Source of the DNA: an uncultured bacterium
Lineage (GTDB): Bacteria > Oederibacteriota > Oederibacteriia > Oederibacteriales > Oederibacteriaceae
Assembly: GCA_965112635.1 (NCBI GenBank)
Contig: OZ218778.1
Coordinates: forward strand, 2,208,001-2,272,000
Direction of reading: 5' to 3'
Length of the DNA stretch: 64,000 nucleotides
Of the stretch, positions 1 through 11,525 are shown piece by piece; within the stretch, counting starts at the first letter, position 1; each line of letters opens with the position of its first letter. The translations under genes and the position numbers were made by a program. The notes beneath the pieces are model-generated. The model was not told the origin of the DNA. It was given only the letters and a program-made list of their open reading frames with translations, and did not search any database.

Positions 1-1
1 G

Positions 2-3000
2 GGACTCAACCGCTATATTGTTCCCCTGATCAAAGGCGCGTCAGTGACCTTCAAGGTTGACGAGGGCTTTGTCAGCGACAATAAGATCAAGGTGGGACGG
101 TATGACTGGTCTGATATCGCCAAGATGGAGCACTCGGTGCGGGCCTACCAGGAAGCAGGCAAGGGGGTGCTGGAGCTGCACCTGACCGTGCCTGTGGCAG
201 CACGGAGCGAACAGGTCATAGACCCTACTTACGACCTGGCGACCCTCACCAACTATCTTACCCGTTATTCCGGCGCAGTAGATAGTTATGTCGCCGGTGT
301 CCTATCGGTGGCTGTAGGCGACCTGAACAACGACGGCATCAATGACCTGGTTGTTGCTGTGTCGGGCAGCAGAAGAGATAGTTCGGTATATGTGATTTAC
401 GGCCAGCTTCCCGGTGCTACTCCTGGCTTGGATAAAGACCTGGATATAACAACCAACTGGAATGTGCGTTGGCACTGTTCAGATGATAACAATTACCTGG
501 GGACTTCCCTGGCTATCGGTGATCTGGACGGTGATGGTCATAACGACCTGGTCATTGGGACTACAGGGTCCAGCTATTTTTCCGGCAGAGTGGGCGCTGT
601 ATTCGTCATGTTCTACTCCTCAGGCTGGTTCGTTAATGGGCCGGGCGTGACGTATGACATAACCAATCCCGCTAATTATAATATTCGTTTTGACGCTCCA
701 GATGCAAATTATAACTACGCAACTTTTGGATGGAAGGAGGCCATAGGAGACCTGAACAATGACGGGCATAACGACCTGGTCATGGCGGATGCTGCTGGAT
801 CGCCGTATGGTGGTGCCAGAGATATGTGCGGGTCTGTTTATGTGGTTTATGGGAACCTGACTTTGACAGGTACAGGCAATGTCGTAGATATGTCCAATTC
901 GGCTAATTGGAATGTGCGCTTTGACGGGGACACCGGTAATAACACTTATCCTAATCTGGGTTCTGATATAGCCATTGGCGACATAAACCACAGCGGTTAT
1001 CCGGATTTGATCATGGGGGAAGACAATGGCGGCATTACTTATATTGTTTATAACACACAGGACACACCCGCTAATTTTCCCGCTGGTTTTGGGAATGTCG
1101 TTGACCTTATGGGGGCATCGTCAAACTACAATGTAAAGATCACTTCTGGTGCAGGCACTACCTATAATGTAGGGACTTCGGTTGCTGTCGGGGACCTGAA
1201 CAATGACGGTGGGGCTGATCTGGCGGTTGGAGGGCCAAGATCCTGGGATGGGGTCAACTGGGGCGGGGCCGTCCGGGTGGCCTATTTTGATCCCTCAAGA
1301 TTTCCGTCCGGCAGTTCCACAGGCTATACCTGGGATATCACTACTGTGGGTAATTATGATGTGGAATATATTTCTGCAGGGGCCAGCGATAGTGGCCAGC
1401 ATTTTGGCAGTGCCTTGGCCATCGGCAATTGCGGCTGCAACGGGTTGAACGCCCTGGTCATCGGCGGCGACCAGATGAGCACGCTGGGCAGAACAAATAA
1501 TGGCTGTGTTTATGTAATAGGCCAGCCTCTAGGCTCTGGCAGTGTAGACCTTTCTGCGGGCGGTTATGCTGCACGCTATGATGGAGATGTCTCGAACGGG
1601 GGGAACGGATTAGGCGCTCCTAACTCCATAGCCATTGGCAGTTTATGCGGCAACAGCTCTCCTGAACTGGTCATGGGCAGCTTAGGTGTTAGTACGGACA
1701 GCAGGTCCGGCAACGGCGCGGTGTACGTGATGAATGAGTGTTTGCCTACGAGTACACCGACACCGACCCCTTCTGAGACAGCTACAGAAACGGCGACGGA
1801 GACGGTCACGGAGACTGCCACACAAACGGCTACTGAAACCGAAACCCAGACGACCACTGAGACAACCACTGTGACGGCTACGGATACGGCGACTGAGAGT
1901 TATACTCCAACTGCGACGCCAACAGAAACGGAGACCCCTACGGGAACAAACACCCTTACAGAAACAGGCACTTCTACCAAGACAGACACTGCTACTGAAA
2001 CAGCCACATCTTCTGGCACTGAAACGGCCACCGCCACTGAAACCGAGACGGCTACCTCGACTCAAACGGACACTGGAACGAATACCACCACTGAGACCGT
2101 CACGGAAACAGGGACACTCACTGAAACCGGAACCGGAACCACTACAGAGAGTGTTACGGAAACTGCGACCGCCACAAATACCAATACGGAGACTGCTTCA
2201 GGTACGGTGACTCAGACAGCGACTGAATCGGCAACTCAAACGGCTACGGAAACAGGAACGGCAACAGCCACCGGCACCGATACGCCTGTAAATAGTTCGA
2301 CAGCAACAGCGACCCAGACAGCAACCAACACGGGCACGGAAACTGCGACTGCCACAAATACAAACACGGCGACGGCCACGGGTACAGTGACTCAGACAGC
2401 GACTGAATCGGCAACTCAAACGGCTACGGAAACAGGAACGGCAACAGCCACCGGCACCGACACACCTGTAAATAGCGTGACAGCAACAGTGACACAGACA
2501 GCAACCAACACAGTTACGGAAACTGCGACCGCCACAAATACAAATACGGAGACTGCTTCAGGTACAGTGACTCAGACAGCGACTGAATCGGCAACTCAAT
2601 CTGCAACGGAAACAGTAACGACAATGGCTGCTGGAACCGACACGCCTATAAATAGCGCAACAGCAACGGCCACCCAGACGGCGACGAGCACAACTACGGA
2701 AACCTTGACTCTGACCGCTACCGCCACGAATACCAATACCAGCACGGCAACTTCTACGGTTACTAACACCGTAACTCAAACCAGTACTGCCACCAGCACA
2801 AATACCAATACTGCAACGGCTACCATAACTGTTACCGTCACCAATACAGGTACAGTAACCTCTTCTTCAACTCCCACCCAGTCTACTTCTCCAACCGCAA
2901 CCCAGACAGCCACCCAAACGGCGACCCAAACCGCCACCAGCTCGCCCTCAGTGACAGGGACAAATACGGATACGGTTACTGCGTCTGCGACCGTGACCCA

Positions 3001-3826
3001 AATTTTGACCTCCACGCTGACCGCGACAGCGACCTCAACGAATACCATCACGGGAACAAGTACTGCCACAGCGACCGCGACGCAAACCGGGTCTGCTACC
3101 CAGACCAATACGTCTACTTCCACGGGTACGGTTACAAACACTACGTCTGCGACCGTTACTGCCACCCAGACTGCAACGGCGACTCAATCCGGGACGGTTA
3201 CCTCGACCGGTACCGCGACCAATACGGCAACTGTCTCAGCCACTGTGACCCAAACCGCCACGATCACCGTCACAGCCACCATTACTCAAACCGGCACAAT
3301 TACCTTGACGAGCTCTGTCACTAACACCGGGACGGAGACCGCCACCTTGACGCAAACAGGAACGCAAACGCAGACCGGCACGATCACGAATACTTCCACT
3401 CAGTCGCCCACACCAACGCAAAGTGGGACAGGGACAGAAACCATGACCATCACTCTGACCTTGACGTCCAGTGAGACACCCACATCGACGATGACGGGTA
3501 CCATTACCAATACACCTACAAACACAACGACTGTGACCAATTCTCCCACTCCGGGAGATTTGAGCACTACATACATCAGTTCAAATATCATCACAAACTA
3601 TGTCTCTGGAGCGAGCAAGATCTCCATCAAGAGCATTCCCAAGGGCACCACCATTGAGATTTATAATGTGAACCGCGAGAAAGTTTACAGCTGTTATGTA
3701 ACATTGGACCACGCCGATTGGTATTTAAAAAATTCCAACAACGACGAGGTCAGTTCCGGAGTTTACTTTATGATTCTTGTCCATAATAACGAAAAGCGGA
3801 TCAAGCGGATTGTTTTGGTGAAATAG
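2..3826 (+). CDS. Large surface/secreted protein: FG-GAP (integrin-alpha-like) beta-propeller, about 600-aa Thr-rich stalk, C-terminal T9SS-CTD/FlgD-Ig-like domain; 5' end lies outside the window
   Basis: Repeated GDLNNDGxxDL(V/I) FG-GAP motifs, alternating T-x-T-x region, C-terminal IEIYN...W...SGVYF...KRIVLVK motif. The frame is open from base 2, upstream of the GTG at 44. Confidence 0.85.
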   Translation, partial: GLNRYIVPLIKGASVTFKVDEGFVSDNKIKVGRYDWSDIAKMEHSVRAYQEAGKGVLELHLTVPVAARSEQVIDPTYDLATLTNYLTRYSGAVDSYVAGVLSVAVGDLNNDGINDLVVAVSGSRRDSSVYVIYGQLPGATPGLDKDLDITTNWNVRWHCSDDNNYLGTSLAIGDLDGDGHNDLVIGTTGSSYFSGRVGAVFVMFYSSGWFVNGPGVTYDITNPANYNIRFDAPDANYNYATFGWKEAIGDLNNDGHNDLVMADAAGSPYGGARDMCGSVYVVYGNLTLTGTGNVVDMSNSANWNVRFDGDTGNNTYPNLGSDIAIGDINHSGYPDLIMGEDNGGITYIVYNTQDTPANFPAGFGNVVDLMGASSNYNVKITSGAGTTYNVGTSVAVGDLNNDGGADLAVGGPRSWDGVNWGGAVRVAYFDPSRFPSGSSTGYTWDITTVGNYDVEYISAGASDSGQHFGSALAIGNCGCNGLNALVIGGDQMSTLGRTNNGCVYVIGQPLGSGSVDLSAGGYAARYDGDVSNGGNGLGAPNSIAIGSLCGNSSPELVMGSLGVSTDSRSGNGAVYVMNECLPTSTPTPTPSETATETATETVTETATQTATETETQTTTETTTVTATDTATESYTPTATPTETETPTGTNTLTETGTSTKTDTATETATSSGTETATATETETATSTQTDTGTNTTTETVTETGTLTETGTGTTTESVTETATATNTNTETASGTVTQTATESATQTATETGTATATGTDTPVNSSTATATQTATNTGTETATATNTNTATATGTVTQTATESATQTATETGTATATGTDTPVNSVTATVTQTATNTVTETATATNTNTETASGTVTQTATESATQSATETVTTMAAGTDTPINSATATATQTATSTTTETLTLTATATNTNTSTATSTVTNTVTQTSTATSTNTNTATATITVTVTNTGTVTSSSTPTQSTSPTATQTATQTATQTATSSPSVTGTNTDTVTASATVTQILTSTLTATATSTNTITGTSTATATATQTGSATQTNTSTSTGTVTNTTSATVTATQTATATQSGTVTSTGTATNTATVSATVTQTATITVTATITQTGTITLTSSVTNTGTETATLTQTGTQTQTGTITNTSTQSPTPTQSGTGTETMTITLTLTSSETPTSTMTGTITNTPTNTTTVTNSPTPGDLSTTYISSNIITNYVSGASKISIKSIPKGTTIEIYNVNREKVYSCYVTLDHADWYLKNSNNDEVSSGVYFMILVHNNEKRIKRIVLVK
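2153..2690 (+). repeat. Intragenic tandem repeat, about 3 x 180 bp (60 aa), within the Thr-rich stalk
   Basis: The lines starting at 2161, 2341 and 2521 are near-identical, and 2221-2280 is identical to 2401-2460. Confidence 0.9.
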
Positions 3827-3839
3827 GAAGGATGAAACC

Positions 3840-4775
3840 GTGAATAAATTTAGATTGATAGTCCTTTTAGCGGGGTTGTTCTTAGTCCCAGGGAACCTAC
3901 TGGCCCTTGGGATAGGCGAGACCGGCGCCCCTTTCTTAAAAATAGGAGTTGGCGCTAGAGCTGCCAGCATGGGTGAAGCCTACACGGCCGCGGCGGATGA
4001 CGTCACATCGCTTTACTGGAACCCAGCCGGCCTTTCTTTTTTGCAGGACCGTCAAGCAATATTTATGCATGACATATGGGGCGAGCAGGTTTATCTGGAT
4101 TATCTAGCCTATGCACAGACAATAGGGAATGATGACGCTCTGGGAGCCTCGGCAACCTATTTTTGGATGTCTCCCGTTGACGTCAACGATGATTCAGGAA
4201 AACTTACGGGACAGACCTGGAGCGTTTATGATATCTGCGGGACCCTGGGGTATTCACGGAAATTAGGGGACAAGTTCAGCCTGGGGATTACCGCAAAATA
4301 TATCCAGGACCAGCTGGGGACCTTTCAAAGCATAGGGTTCGCCGGGGATTTTGGACTTCTCTGCAAGATTATCTCAGACCCAGATGTCAGAATAGGCGCG
4401 GTCATCCAAAATATTGGCACCCCGATTCAATTTATCAGCGCCTCAAGTGTTCTACCTTTGGTCGGCAAAGTGGGCGCCTACAGTCTGATTTACCGTGACG
4501 CGGATAATGCCGTCGGGATCGCGGCGGATATGGTGGTACCTAACGATAATTATATTTACGGTGATTACGGTTTGGAATATTCGTTACAAAACGTTCTTAT
4601 TTTCCGAGGAGGATACATGAGCAGGCCCGATGCTCCTTCGCTGAGCCTGGGGGTAGGCATCAAACAGGCCACGGAGGACTTCATGGCGGAGTTGGATTAT
4701 TCCTTCACCAGTCAAAATGCCACCTCGCAAGGGATGGGTGCCATTCACAGGATCTCCCTGCTATACGGTTTTTAA
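3840..4775 (+). CDS. PorV/PorQ-family (UPF0164-like) outer-membrane beta-barrel
   Basis: Signal peptide, FLKIGVGARAASMGEAYTA...YWNPAGL motif, C-terminal HRISLLYGF ending in Phe. Confidence 0.85.
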   Translation: MNKFRLIVLLAGLFLVPGNLLALGIGETGAPFLKIGVGARAASMGEAYTAAADDVTSLYWNPAGLSFLQDRQAIFMHDIWGEQVYLDYLAYAQTIGNDDALGASATYFWMSPVDVNDDSGKLTGQTWSVYDICGTLGYSRKLGDKFSLGITAKYIQDQLGTFQSIGFAGDFGLLCKIISDPDVRIGAVIQNIGTPIQFISASSVLPLVGKVGAYSLIYRDADNAVGIAADMVVPNDNYIYGDYGLEYSLQNVLIFRGGYMSRPDAPSLSLGVGIKQATEDFMAELDYSFTSQNATSQGMGAIHRISLLYGF

Positions 4776-4794
4776 CCTTCTGCGCCTCCTATTC

Positions 4795-5881
<1,087 letters not shown>

Positions 5882-5883
5882 AA

Positions 5884-7077
5884 ATGGCAAAACTATCCCT
5901 CGAGGGTTATAACCCCGCAGGTAAGAAAGTCCTGGTGCGTGTTGATTTCAATGTACCGCTGGACGACAAACAAAAGGTGACGGACCAGACCAGGATTGTC
6001 GCGGTCCTGCCGACCATCAAATATTTGGTTGAAAGGAAAGCCAAGGTCATCCTGATGTCCCACCTGGGGCGCCCCAAAGGCAAGCCGGACGACAAGGCCA
6101 AATTCAGCTTGAAACCTGTGGCTGAAAAACTTTCCGAGATCCTGAAAAAGCCCGTTCTTTTCGCCGAGGATTGCATTGGTGACGCGGTAAAGTCCATGAT
6201 TAACGGCCTCAAGGACGGAGACATTATCCTCTTAGAGAACCTGCGCTTTCATAAAGAGGAGGAGGCCAACGACGAAGGATTTTCCAAACAGCTGGCCTCA
6301 CTCGGCGATGCCTATGTCAACGACGCTTTTGGTACCGCGCATCGGGCCCATGCCTCAACAGCCGGGGTGACCAAGTTCATCAAGCCTTGCATGGCGGGCT
6401 TCCTGCTGAACAAGGAGTTGAGCGTCTTGAGCCAGGCTATGGACAATCCTCAGAGACCTTTTGTCGCCATTCTAGGGGGGGCCAAAATATCAGACAAGAT
6501 CGAAGTCATTAAGAATCTTCTTAACAAAGTGGATACGTTGATCGTCGGTGGCGGCATGGCCTATACCTTTTTCAAGGCCATGGGTAGGGAAGTCGGGAAA
6601 TCCCTGCTGGAGGCAGAAAAAGTGGACCTCGCCAAGGAGATCATGAAAGAAGCCGAGCAGAAAAAGGTCAACTTCCTGTTGCCTGTTGATAATGTTATCG
6701 CGGACCGTTTCGACCCAGCTGCGACCGTCAAAATCCAAAAGGGTGGCGATATCCCAGCGGACTGGCAGGGATTGGATATTGGGCCTGATAGCATCAAACT
6801 TTTTGGGGATACTCTCAAAAACGCAAAGACCGTGATTTGGAACGGTCCTATGGGTGCTTTTGAAATGGCGCCTTTTGCCAAGGGCACTCTCGAGGTCGCC
6901 AAGGTCCTGGCCGGTTTGAAGGCCACTACTATCATCGGCGGCGGTGACTCGGCCGCGGCTATCACCAAGATGGGCCTGGCTGACAAGATGACCCATATCT
7001 GCACCGGCGGGGGAGCCTCCCTGGAGTTTCTGGAAGGCAAAGAGCTGCCCGGTGTGGCCGCTCTTACGGATAAATAA
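5884..7077 (+). CDS. pgk: Phosphoglycerate kinase
   Basis: [39 protein letters not shown]. Start moved to the ATG at 5884, just after the gap stop. Confidence 0.98.
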   Translation: MAKLSLEGYNPAGKKVLVRVDFNVPLDDKQKVTDQTRIVAVLPTIKYLVERKAKVILMSHLGRPKGKPDDKAKFSLKPVAEKLSEILKKPVLFAEDCIGDAVKSMINGLKDGDIILLENLRFHKEEEANDEGFSKQLASLGDAYVNDAFGTAHRAHASTAGVTKFIKPCMAGFLLNKELSVLSQAMDNPQRPFVAILGGAKISDKIEVIKNLLNKVDTLIVGGGMAYTFFKAMGREVGKSLLEAEKVDLAKEIMKEAEQKKVNFLLPVDNVIADRFDPAATVKIQKGGDIPADWQGLDIGPDSIKLFGDTLKNAKTVIWNGPMGAFEMAPFAKGTLEVAKVLAGLKATTIIGGGDSAAAITKMGLADKMTHICTGGGASLEFLEGKELPGVAALTDK

Positions 7078-7096
7078 ATCTTCGCACTAAAAAGGA

Positions 7097-7858
7097 ATGA
7101 ACTTGCGTAGACCGATCATAGCCGGCAACTGGAAAATGAATAAAACGGCCACCGAGGCCAAAGATCTTACCGAAAAAATAGTCCACGCCTGCAGCAATGT
7201 CACCCATGCAGACGTGGTGTTGTGCCCCCCTTTCACCTGCCTATGGGCTGTCCAGGAGCTTTTACGAAATTCCTCCGTGCGACTGGGAGCCCAGAACATG
7301 CACTGGGAGCAGAATGGAGCCTTTACCGGAGAGATTTCTCCCGCGATGGTCAAAGACGCGGGCTGCCACTATGTCATCCTGGGACATTCGGAACGCCGCC
7401 AATATTTCAAAGAGGATAACGCCCTCGTCAACAAGAAGGTCAAGGCCTCCTTGGGATTCGGGATAACACCTATCCTGTGCCTAGGCGAAACTTTAGAGCA
7501 AAGGGAAAAAGGGGTCACGGAAAGCGTGGTCAAAGACCAGTTGCTGGGCGGGATCCAGGGATTGACCCCCGCCCAATTGCCCAAGATTGTGGTCGCTTAC
7601 GAGCCTGTTTGGGCCATTGGCACGGGCAAGACCGCGACCTCAGCCCAGGCTCAAGAAGTCCATTCCTATATCCGCAAACTATTAGGCGAGGCTTCAACCG
7701 AAGAGGTCTCCAAACAGGTCAGAATCCAATATGGAGGCAGTGTCAAAGTCGAGAACATCAAAGAGCTCATGGCCCAACCTGATATCGACGGAGCCCTGGT
7801 GGGAGGCGCGAGCCTGGATGCCGGTTCTTTCGAGAAAATAATCAAATACAATGTTTAG
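7097..7858 (+). CDS. tpiA: Triosephosphate isomerase
   Basis: AGNWKMN, GHSERR, AYEPVWAIGTG, YGGSVK, LVGGASL. Confidence 0.98.
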   Translation: MNLRRPIIAGNWKMNKTATEAKDLTEKIVHACSNVTHADVVLCPPFTCLWAVQELLRNSSVRLGAQNMHWEQNGAFTGEISPAMVKDAGCHYVILGHSERRQYFKEDNALVNKKVKASLGFGITPILCLGETLEQREKGVTESVVKDQLLGGIQGLTPAQLPKIVVAYEPVWAIGTGKTATSAQAQEVHSYIRKLLGEASTEEVSKQVRIQYGGSVKVENIKELMAQPDIDGALVGGASLDAGSFEKIIKYNV

Positions 7859-7867
7859 GGGAAAATT

Positions 7868-8197
7868 ATGATTGGATTTTTGAATTTTGTACTGGTCATC
7901 ACAAGTTTTGCCCTTATCATCGCGATCCTGATGCAGTCCGGCAAAGGTTCAGGCATAGGCGATATTTTCGGAGGAGGGGCGACCCAATCCCTTTTGGGGA
8001 CTTCAGGAGGTAAAAACATCCTGACCAGGGCTACCTACATTTTATTCGGGGTTTTCCTAGCGACCACCCTGTTGTTGGCCATTTTGCCGCATCAAACCGT
8101 CACCTCGCAGCTCCAAAACGAGCTTAAATCCGAGTTCATGGTCACTCCCACTTCCGCTACAGCCTCCAATACACCCATCCCGCTGCCTCAACACTAA
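7868..8197 (+). CDS. secG: Preprotein translocase subunit SecG
   Basis: Two TM segments flanking LMQSGKGSGIGDIFGGG; conserved tpiA-secG synteny. Confidence 0.93.
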   Translation: MIGFLNFVLVITSFALIIAILMQSGKGSGIGDIFGGGATQSLLGTSGGKNILTRATYILFGVFLATTLLLAILPHQTVTSQLQNELKSEFMVTPTSATASNTPIPLPQH

Positions 8198-9813
8198 TGT
8201 TGGGGAAAAGTCCGCTAGCCCGCTTTCTTTGCCGATTCTTTCTTTGCGCTTTTTTCGTTTTAGCGAATTTGCCTCTTTGCGCGGAAGACAAGCCCTCTTA
8301 CGGCGATACTTTGGTGGATTCTTCCATTGGTGACGCCTCTAAACTTAATCCCATTCTTTTAACCGATTCAGCCTCAGGTGACATTGTCGGGCTGGTGTTC
8401 AACGGGCTGGTTAAATACGATAAGGACCTTCATTTGGTGGGGGACCTGGCCAAGTCCTGGAAAATTTCTTCAGATGGATTGACCATCACCTTTTACCTTC
8501 GCCAGAACGTACGCTGGCATGATGGCCAGCCTTTTACGGCCGAGGACGTGAAGTTCACCTGGGACAAGCTGGTGGACCCAAAAACACAGACGCCCTATGC
8601 AAGCAGTTACATCTTGGTCAAAAGAGCCACGATCCTGGAAAAATACACCTTTCAGGTAGAATACAGCGAGCCTTTTGCGCCGGCTTTAGACAGTTGGGGT
8701 ATCGGCATTCTGCCCAAGCATATTTTGGAAAACCAGGACATCAATACTTCAGGTTTTAACCGCAAGCCTATCGGCACGGGGCCTTTCAAGTTCAAAGAAT
8801 GGAAAACCGCTGAGAAGATAGAACTGGAGGTCAACAAGGATTATTTCGAAGGCCGGGCGTACCTGGACCGTTACGCTTACCGAGTTATCCCCGACCAGTC
8901 GGCCCAATTTCTTTCCCTACAAAAAGGGGAGGTAGACCAGATGACTCTGACCCCAGACCAGTTCACCGGACAGGAAACCTCAGAAAAGGGTTTTTTGGAC
9001 AAATTCCACAAGTTCAAGTATCCGAGTTTAAATTACATTTACATGGGCTTTAACTTAAAGAGGGAGATCTTCCAGGACCGGCGGGTGCGTGTGGCCATCG
9101 CCCATGCCATCAACAAAGACGATATCATCCAAAAGATCTTGCATGGCTTGGGCCATGGGGTCACAGGGCCTTATCCCACGACCTTCTGGGCTTACAACTA
9201 CGACGTGAAACCGTATTCATATGATCTCAAGGAATCCGAGATGCTGCTCAGCCAGGCTGGATGGAAAAAAGACAAGTCTGGGAAACTGGTCAAGGACGGC
9301 AAAGTTTTCGAGTTCAACTTGATGACCAATCAGGGCAACCAAGCCAGGGAACAGTGCGCTACAATTATCCAGCAACAGTTAGCCAAACTAGGCATCCAGG
9401 TCAATATCAGGATCCTGGCCTGGACCGCTTTTATGGACATAGTGGATCGCCAGCGTAATTTTGACTCCGTGGTGCTGGGTTGGAGCCTGGGCCTGGACCC
9501 AGACTGCTACGACATCTGGCATTCCAGCAAGACAGGGCCCAATGAGTACAATTTCATTTCATATAAGAACAGCAAAGTGGACCAGCTCCTTTTGGATGGT
9601 CGCAAGACCTTTGACCAAGAAAAACGAAAGAAGATCTACAATAAGATCCACGAGCTAATCGCTTATGATGAGCCGTATGTTTTCTTGTATGTTCCGGATA
9701 ATCTTGTGGCCATAGACAAAAGGTTCCGCAACATCAAGGTTGCACCCCTAGGGATCAGCTATAATTTTATAAGGTGGTATGTCCCAAAATCTGAGATAAA
9801 ATACGCGTATTAA
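8197..9813 (+). CDS. ABC transporter peptide-binding protein (SBP family 5, AppA-like)
   Basis: Signal peptide, LRQNVRWHDGQPFTAEDVKFT, PIGTGPFKF, DRRVRVAIAHAINK. Confidence 0.92.
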   Translation: MLGKSPLARFLCRFFLCAFFVLANLPLCAEDKPSYGDTLVDSSIGDASKLNPILLTDSASGDIVGLVFNGLVKYDKDLHLVGDLAKSWKISSDGLTITFYLRQNVRWHDGQPFTAEDVKFTWDKLVDPKTQTPYASSYILVKRATILEKYTFQVEYSEPFAPALDSWGIGILPKHILENQDINTSGFNRKPIGTGPFKFKEWKTAEKIELEVNKDYFEGRAYLDRYAYRVIPDQSAQFLSLQKGEVDQMTLTPDQFTGQETSEKGFLDKFHKFKYPSLNYIYMGFNLKREIFQDRRVRVAIAHAINKDDIIQKILHGLGHGVTGPYPTTFWAYNYDVKPYSYDLKESEMLLSQAGWKKDKSGKLVKDGKVFEFNLMTNQGNQAREQCATIIQQQLAKLGIQVNIRILAWTAFMDIVDRQRNFDSVVLGWSLGLDPDCYDIWHSSKTGPNEYNFISYKNSKVDQLLLDGRKTFDQEKRKKIYNKIHELIAYDEPYVFLYVPDNLVAIDKRFRNIKVAPLGISYNFIRWYVPKSEIKYAY

Positions 9814-9833
9814 TTCTTTAAAAGGCCGATCGC

Positions 9834-10409
9834 ATGCCCAAGACTGTTTACAACAAGCAATTAGCCGCCAAAATATCCGGTTGGCTTTCCGATAACCTCA
9901 CCAGGAAAAAATACGTCCACTCCCTCAATGTAGGGATATTGTCCAAGACCCTGGCGGTCAATTACGGGCTGGATCCAATACAAGCTCATATTGCGGGCTT
10001 GCTCCATGACGCCGGGTATTGCCGGAAAAACGGAAATTGGTTCAAGAAAATGAAAAAGGAAGGTTTTCCTTTCATCGGACTGGAACAAAACAACCGCGGC
10101 TTGCGCCATGCGGCCATCAGTTATGAGATAGCCCGGAAAAGATTCAATATAAGCGATAAAGCGGTCTTGGATGCCATCCGCCACCACAGCACAGGCCGGC
10201 CCTCTATGTCCAAGCTGGAAAAGATCGTTTATGTGTCCGATTATTCCGAGCCGTTCCGAAAATATCCAGATGTGGATATGATCAGGACGCTGTCCTTTGA
10301 CAACCTGGACAGGGCAGCCAAAAAGACTTTGCTCCACAAGACAGCCTATTTGAAAAAAAATAAATTGCCCGTTGATCCAAGGTCCTTATGCTGGCTCAAA
10401 AATATTTAA
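9834..10409 (+). CDS. yqeK: HD-domain hydrolase, YqeK-like symmetrical Ap4A hydrolase
   Basis: HSLNV, AGLLHD, AIRHHSTG, KIVYVSDYSEP; adjacent to an LCP gene as is typical. Confidence 0.85.
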   Translation: MPKTVYNKQLAAKISGWLSDNLTRKKYVHSLNVGILSKTLAVNYGLDPIQAHIAGLLHDAGYCRKNGNWFKKMKKEGFPFIGLEQNNRGLRHAAISYEIARKRFNISDKAVLDAIRHHSTGRPSMSKLEKIVYVSDYSEPFRKYPDVDMIRTLSFDNLDRAAKKTLLHKTAYLKKNKLPVDPRSLCWLKNI

Positions 10410-11524
10410 GGCTTTTCATATTTTTTGTAATCCTTGGTGTTTTTTTCTGGGCGTGCCATTTCCTCAGCGTGACTATCCCGGTCTTGTTGCTGGGCACGGA
10501 TTTTGACGATAATTCCCAGCACACTGACACTATGATCCTAGCCGAATTTCAGCCCTTTACACGACAGATCCATTTGTTGTCCATTCCGCGGGACACCTTG
10601 GTCTCCATTCCGGGTGCCGGCTATGCCAAGGCCAACTACGCTTATGCTTACGGTTTCAGCATAGGCAGGACGCCAAAGGCTGCCCAGTTGACCTTGCAGA
10701 CCACTGATGACCTACTGGGCAAAAAGATCTTTTTCTATATCCACCTCAATTACAAAAGCTTTATAGGCCTGGTGGATTCCTTGGGAGGGGTCTATATCAA
10801 CATCGACAGACCGATGGATTATGAAGACCACGCCAACAAGCTTTACATCCACCTAAAGCCGGGATACCAATACCTGTCCGGTATGGACTCCCTCAAATAT
10901 GTCAGGTTTAGGGCGGATGGCAAGGGAGATATCGGCAGGTTGAAACGCCAGCAATTATTCTTAAAAGCTTTATGGGGCAGGGTGGGCAGACCCCTTGTGA
11001 TCTTCGGGCTGCCAGCCACCCTCTTTGATCTTACCTCACAGATGGATTCAAATTTGTCGGTTTTTGATGTTTTATGGTTGATGAAAAAGTGCGCGCTAGT
11101 CTCGTTCCAGAAGGTTGATTCCGCGACCCTGATTGGAGAGCCTTTATGGCTCCACGGTGTCTCCTATTGGAAAGCCACCAGCAATGCCTCAGCGCTACCG
11201 GTAGCAGCCAACAAGAATAAGACGGCACCCGTTCAGCAATACAAGGCCGAGATATGGAACGGCTGCGGGGTAGTTAAATTGGGCAGGAAAATGCAGGCAG
11301 CCATGGCCGACCTGGACCTGGATTTTATTTTTGTAGGCAATGCAGATAATTTCCATTACAAAAAGACAAAAATACTTACCCGTTTGAAGGACAAGTCTTT
11401 TTTAAAGAAGCTCTCCAAAAAGATAAAAAGCAAGAGCATCCAATATGCTCCCCATGTTTCAAGCAGGGACGCCGACCTGGTGGTCATCATCGGCAGGGAT
11501 TGGGCGGGGAAGAGAGGCCGTTAA
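10388..11524 (+). CDS. LCP (LytR-CpsA-Psr) family protein with LytR_C domain
   Basis: N-terminal TM, TDTMIL, LSIPRDT, YVRFR...GDIGRLKRQQ, C-terminal EIWNGCG...VIIGRD. Confidence 0.92.
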   Translation: MLAQKYLRLFIFFVILGVFFWACHFLSVTIPVLLLGTDFDDNSQHTDTMILAEFQPFTRQIHLLSIPRDTLVSIPGAGYAKANYAYAYGFSIGRTPKAAQLTLQTTDDLLGKKIFFYIHLNYKSFIGLVDSLGGVYINIDRPMDYEDHANKLYIHLKPGYQYLSGMDSLKYVRFRADGKGDIGRLKRQQLFLKALWGRVGRPLVIFGLPATLFDLTSQMDSNLSVFDVLWLMKKCALVSFQKVDSATLIGEPLWLHGVSYWKATSNASALPVAANKNKTAPVQQYKAEIWNGCGVVKLGRKMQAAMADLDLDFIFVGNADNFHYKKTKILTRLKDKSFLKKLSKKIKSKSIQYAPHVSSRDADLVVIIGRDWAGKRGR

Positions 11525-11525
11525 A

